Shown here one piece after another: positions 60,928-64,000 of a stretch of DNA of 64,000 nt. How positions within the stretch are numbered: the first letter of the stretch is position 1; each line of letters begins with the position of its first letter. Position numbers and translations under genes: made by a program. The notes beneath the pieces are model-generated. The model saw nothing but the letters and a program-made list of their open reading frames with translations, had not been told where the DNA came from and did no database searches. This DNA comes from Bacteroidota bacterium (GTDB lineage Bacteria > Bacteroidota > Bacteroidia > Bacteroidales > VadinHA17), in NCBI GenBank assembly GCA_011049175.1, contig DSCJ01000100.1, positions 673 through 64,672 on the forward strand. The letters are read 5' to 3'.

Positions 60928-61683
60928 TTACGGAACTGACCGGGAAACGTTATTCCACAGCTTCCATGATTCCTCTGCCTGTATTTTCAGCATTTCCAGT
61001 CCATTCACCACCACAGCGCCCTGTTCCGCTCCCTTTTGCATAAACCTGGTAACTTCCGGATTGTATATCAGATCGAACAGTAAATGGTCATTTCCCAGAG
61101 CATGGTATGGAATGGGCGGGCATCGGCCGGTATCAGGTGCCATGCCCAGGGGGGTGGTTTGAACGATCAGCCGGTGGCTGCGAATGATCTCCTCATTCAG
61201 ATCCCCATAACCGGTTTCCTGCTCATTCACCGGGGTGCGGGAAACAAACAGGAAAGGGATATGCATCTTCTCGAGTACCCGTGCCACGGCCCGTGAGGCT
61301 CCGCCGGTACCCAGGATCAGGGCTTTTCGGTGAACGGGCTTCAGGTACGGCTCCAGTGCCTTTCTGAAGCCCGTCACATCGGTATTGTGACCACGGGTTC
61401 TGCGGTCGGGCAGGAAACACACCACATTCACAGCCCCCACGGCTTCGGCTTCCGGATCCAGTTCGTCGAGAAAGGGAATCACCGATTCCTTGTAGGGAAT
61501 GGTAACATTCAGCCCGGCCAGATCGGGTACCGCCGCCAGCAGGTGCGGGAAATCATGGATATCGGCCAGGGGAAAATTGCGGTACCGCACGCCACAGATC
61601 TTCTCCCTTTTGAATTTTTCATTGAAATACGCTTCGGAAAAACTGTGGGTGAGCGGGTTCCCTATCAAACCGTAAGTTTTCAT
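60928..61683 (-). CDS. aroE: Shikimate dehydrogenase
   Basis: YGLIGNPLTHSFSEAYFNEKF........Y.NF........F.........GLNVTIPYKE.VIPFLDELD..A...GAVN.V.....LILGTGGASRAV. These are canonical AroE motifs. Confidence 0.9.
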   Translation of the reverse strand: MKTYGLIGNPLTHSFSEAYFNEKFKREKICGVRYRNFPLADIHDFPHLLAAVPDLAGLNVTIPYKESVIPFLDELDPEAEAVGAVNVVCFLPDRRTRGHNTDVTGFRKALEPYLKPVHRKALILGTGGASRAVARVLEKMHIPFLFVSRTPVNEQETGYGDLNEEIIRSHRLIVQTTPLGMAPDTGRCPPIPYHALGNDHLLFDLIYNPEVTRFMQKGAEQGAVVVNGLEMLKIQAEESWKLWNNVSRSVP

Positions 61684-62615
61684 GCCGGTTGGTTTTTATC
61701 CCGTGCCAGGTATTCGATCCCGACCATACTGACTATCCCGGCCAGCATTACCAGCAGGGTGATGACCAGGCCGGCGCTGAATTCATCCGGGATCATCCAA
61801 TGCCAGCCCTGAATGATCGGTTCCCCGTTTCCATGGAACACCGGGTTACCCAGTGCATCGGTCTTGTAAACAGCCTCTTTCCATGGCCAGATGGTAACAA
61901 GCGATCCCAGGATAAAACCGCTGAGCAAAGCAATGGTCTGGTCCCTGAACTTTTTATATATCCATGAAAGCAACCTTGAAAACAGCAACAGGGCAACAAC
62001 AGCCCCTGCAACGACAGGGATCAGGATATCGAGGCGGAATTCATTCACCGCATGGATCATCACCAGCTCGTATTCCCCCAACAGCACCAGCACATACGAA
62101 CCGCTCAGGCCGGGAAGGATCATACTGCACATGGCCACCATGCCTGAAATGAAGAGATAGATGAAACTCTGGTTTTCCGTGGCAGGAGAAAGGAATGATA
62201 TGAGCAGAGCCAGGGTGGCTCCCGAAAGGAAGAACAGGATCACCGGCAGGCGCCACCGGTGAACGGTGGCGCTCACATAATATACGGAAGCCAGGATCAG
62301 TCCGAAAAAATACGCCCATACCTGCACCGGATAGGTTTCGAACAGAAAGCCCAGCAGGCGGGCCAGGGATATGATGCTGGCCCCTATTCCCAGGAACACC
62401 GCCAGCAGGAAATCGAGATGCACATACCGGGAAAACTCGCGGAATTTTCCGCGGAAGATCAATCCCACAGCCCTGGCGTCAAATGACTTGATGCTTGTGA
62501 TCAGCTCTTCGAAAATCCCGGTGATCAGGGCAATGGTTCCGCCCGATACGCCCGGAATGACATTGGCAGCGCCCATGCCCGCCCCTTTCATGAACAGGGA
62601 AAAATAATGTTTCAT
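61680..62615 (-). CDS. DUF368 family membrane protein
   Basis: FMKGAGMGAANVIPGVSGGTIALITGIFEELI and a second half with LPGLSGSYVLVLLGEY. This is the duplicated DUF368 motif. It has an ATGA overlap with aroE. Confidence 0.75.
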   Translation of the reverse strand: MKHYFSLFMKGAGMGAANVIPGVSGGTIALITGIFEELITSIKSFDARAVGLIFRGKFREFSRYVHLDFLLAVFLGIGASIISLARLLGFLFETYPVQVWAYFFGLILASVYYVSATVHRWRLPVILFFLSGATLALLISFLSPATENQSFIYLFISGMVAMCSMILPGLSGSYVLVLLGEYELVMIHAVNEFRLDILIPVVAGAVVALLLFSRLLSWIYKKFRDQTIALLSGFILGSLVTIWPWKEAVYKTDALGNPVFHGNGEPIIQGWHWMIPDEFSAGLVITLLVMLAGIVSMVGIEYLARDKNQPA

Positions 62616-62679
62616 ATCCTCACGGTTTTCCCGGCCGGATGATTCCGTTCGCCGGTGCAATATACAAAGAAACGGGGAA

Positions 62680-64000
62680 TCAGTTTGGCTTGTATTTCAG
62701 CATCAGCTGCTTCACTTCATCCATTTCGGAAGCGCCGGGACAATAATGGAATACTTCGGGAAAGGCCTGATAGTCCCTGGAAAGTCCGATTTCAAAAAGT
62801 GACAGGCCGGGATCCAGCTTATGCTGGCAAAGGTACAGGCCTGCCAGCCGGAATATGATGTGTGCGTCGTCGTAATTATACTCGTACGCTTCCTGAAGTG
62901 TTTGTGTGGCAAGTTCGGTATCACCGTCCCTGAAAATCCGCTCGGCCAGATTCATCCAGGCATCGGTATCATAGGGATCAAGTTCGGTGGTTTTCCGGTA
63001 GGCTTCGCGGGCATCCTCAAAAAATTCCAGTTTTTCATTCACTTCGGCCAGGTAGAACCAGAACTCGGGATTGGAATCTTCGAGTTTGATGGCCTTTTTC
63101 AGGTAAAAAAGGCTTTCATAAAATTTGTCCTGCAACATATATACTATACCTATCCCGCACCAGGCGTCGGGGTAATACGGATCGATCTTGAGGGCTTTGC
63201 GGTAGTTTTTCAGGGCTTCGTCGTACTGGCCCGTTTTTTCGAAACATTCGGCCAGGTAACAGTAGGCCGATTCATTATCATCTTCCAGATTCATGTATTC
63301 GCGGTACACTTCAATGGCAGCAAAATAATCGCCACTGTTGGCCAGGCTGTTGCCCTTGTTGAAAAAAGCGGCGGCGTACCGGTCGTTGATAGCAATGGCA
63401 TAGTCATAAGCCACCACCGCCTTATCGAACTTTTCCATGCGGTTGTATACCATTCCCAGGTTATACCAGGCTGATTCCGAGAAGGGTTCTGCATCGAGGT
63501 ACTGTTCGTAAAAGGATGCGCTTTCCTCGAGCTGGTCGATCCGTTCATAAGCCGAAGCCAGATCATACAGAAGGGCAGTATTTTCCGGTTCCCTTTCCCA
63601 GGCCTGCCTGAGGTATTTCACAGAAAGCATGTAGTGCCCAAAGTGATCGAGGGAGAGATAGATCTGATAGAGAAGTTCCCCTTTATCGGCGCCCGGGAGG
63701 GCCAGGGCATAGTCGAACTGACTGATGGCCTCTTCCAGGCGGTTCATCAGGATCAGGGCATTCCCTTTCAGGAGGTAGATATCATGGTTCGCCGGTTCCA
63801 GCTTTTCCAGTTCGTTCAGTACCTGCATGCAGCGGGAGGCCTGGCCTTTCTGGAAATACACCTGTGCTTTTTTCAGGAGGATGGCAGTGGATCCGGGGTG
63901 CTGGTGTGAAGCGAGCTTCACGGCCTCCATGGCATTTTTGAAATTGCTTTTATCGAGATAGTGGTCGATAATATCTTCGAACTCGTGCACATCGAAGAAG
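62680..64000 (-). CDS. TPR repeat protein (5' end possibly beyond the window)
   Basis: At least 10 TPR-like units (AWYNLGMVYNRMEKFDKAVVAYDYAIAINDRYAAAFFNKGNSL.., DAWCGIGIVYMLQDKFYESLFYLKKAIKLED..). The frame stays open upstream of the GTG at 63990 to the window end. Confidence 0.8.
   Translation of the reverse strand, partial: FFDVHEFEDIIDHYLDKSNFKNAMEAVKLASHQHPGSTAILLKKAQVYFQKGQASRCMQVLNELEKLEPANHDIYLLKGNALILMNRLEEAISQFDYALALPGADKGELLYQIYLSLDHFGHYMLSVKYLRQAWEREPENTALLYDLASAYERIDQLEESASFYEQYLDAEPFSESAWYNLGMVYNRMEKFDKAVVAYDYAIAINDRYAAAFFNKGNSLANSGDYFAAIEVYREYMNLEDDNESAYCYLAECFEKTGQYDEALKNYRKALKIDPYYPDAWCGIGIVYMLQDKFYESLFYLKKAIKLEDSNPEFWFYLAEVNEKLEFFEDAREAYRKTTELDPYDTDAWMNLAERIFRDGDTELATQTLQEAYEYNYDDAHIIFRLAGLYLCQHKLDPGLSLFEIGLSRDYQAFPEVFHYCPGASEMDEVKQLMLKYKPN

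Noticed and set aside
1-64000. Mobile elements, prophage, integrative islands, tRNA or rRNA genes.
   Set aside because: No transposase, integrase, recombinase or phage-like ORF appears in any frame of the track. I saw no tRNA-like T-arm (GGTTCGAATCC-type) in the intergenic gaps and no long terminal inverted or direct repeats. Absence is based on visual inspection only.

Overview
This is a dense 64-kb chromosomal window with about 58 protein genes. It is most likely from a member of the Bacteroidota. That is an inference from a complete Bat aerotolerance operon, a TonB-dependent receptor, TTTG/TAnnTTTG-type promoter boxes, frequent 4-nt ATGA gene overlaps and a type-A RNase P RNA. I saw no rRNA, tRNA, CRISPR array, transposase, integrase or phage genes. 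One ncRNA is present: rnpB on the minus strand at about 36522..36926. The ORF track covers it with three spurious ORFs. A partial DEAD-box helicase at the left edge (1..580, minus strand) is missing from the ORF track. Gene content runs as follows: cold-shock pair (csp plus helicase); a Cys-rich secreted protein with ECF sigma, anti-sigma-like and Spy-like genes; a 13-kb minus-strand block (PAP2, galM, FGE-like fusion, giant amylo-1,6-glucosidase-type protein, AddB-like nuclease, pentapeptide-repeat K+ channel); MATE and FtsX transporters; ArsR, TonB receptor and TPR/coiled-coil/PP2C phosphatase; a plus-strand envelope block (two M16 peptidases, acyl-ACP thioesterase, tandem paralogous secreted proteins, kdsA, LolA-like protein); queA, threonine aldolase, C69 dipeptidase, Cys/Met PLP enzyme; a 12-kb co-directional array from MoxR through BatA-E to cstA and glutathione peroxidase; and truA, aroE, DUF368 and TPR genes. 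The items I consider most worth a second look are these. (1) A pentapeptide-repeat beta-helix fused to a canonical TIGYGD K+ channel pore. (2) A dispersed element of CTACGTAG palindromes at strict 12-bp phase in two intergenic regions 44 kb apart, one copy sitting between two terminator-like hairpins. (3) A TonB receptor tightly linked to a transmembrane TPR/coiled-coil/PP2C phosphatase, with ArsR 203 bp upstream. (4) An FGE-fold domain lacking the catalytic cysteines, fused to a roughly 700-aa unknown module in a sugar cluster. (5) A 10-Cys secreted protein heading an ECF sigma module. None of these is proven. All family names come from my own reading of motifs in the translations, not from database searches.
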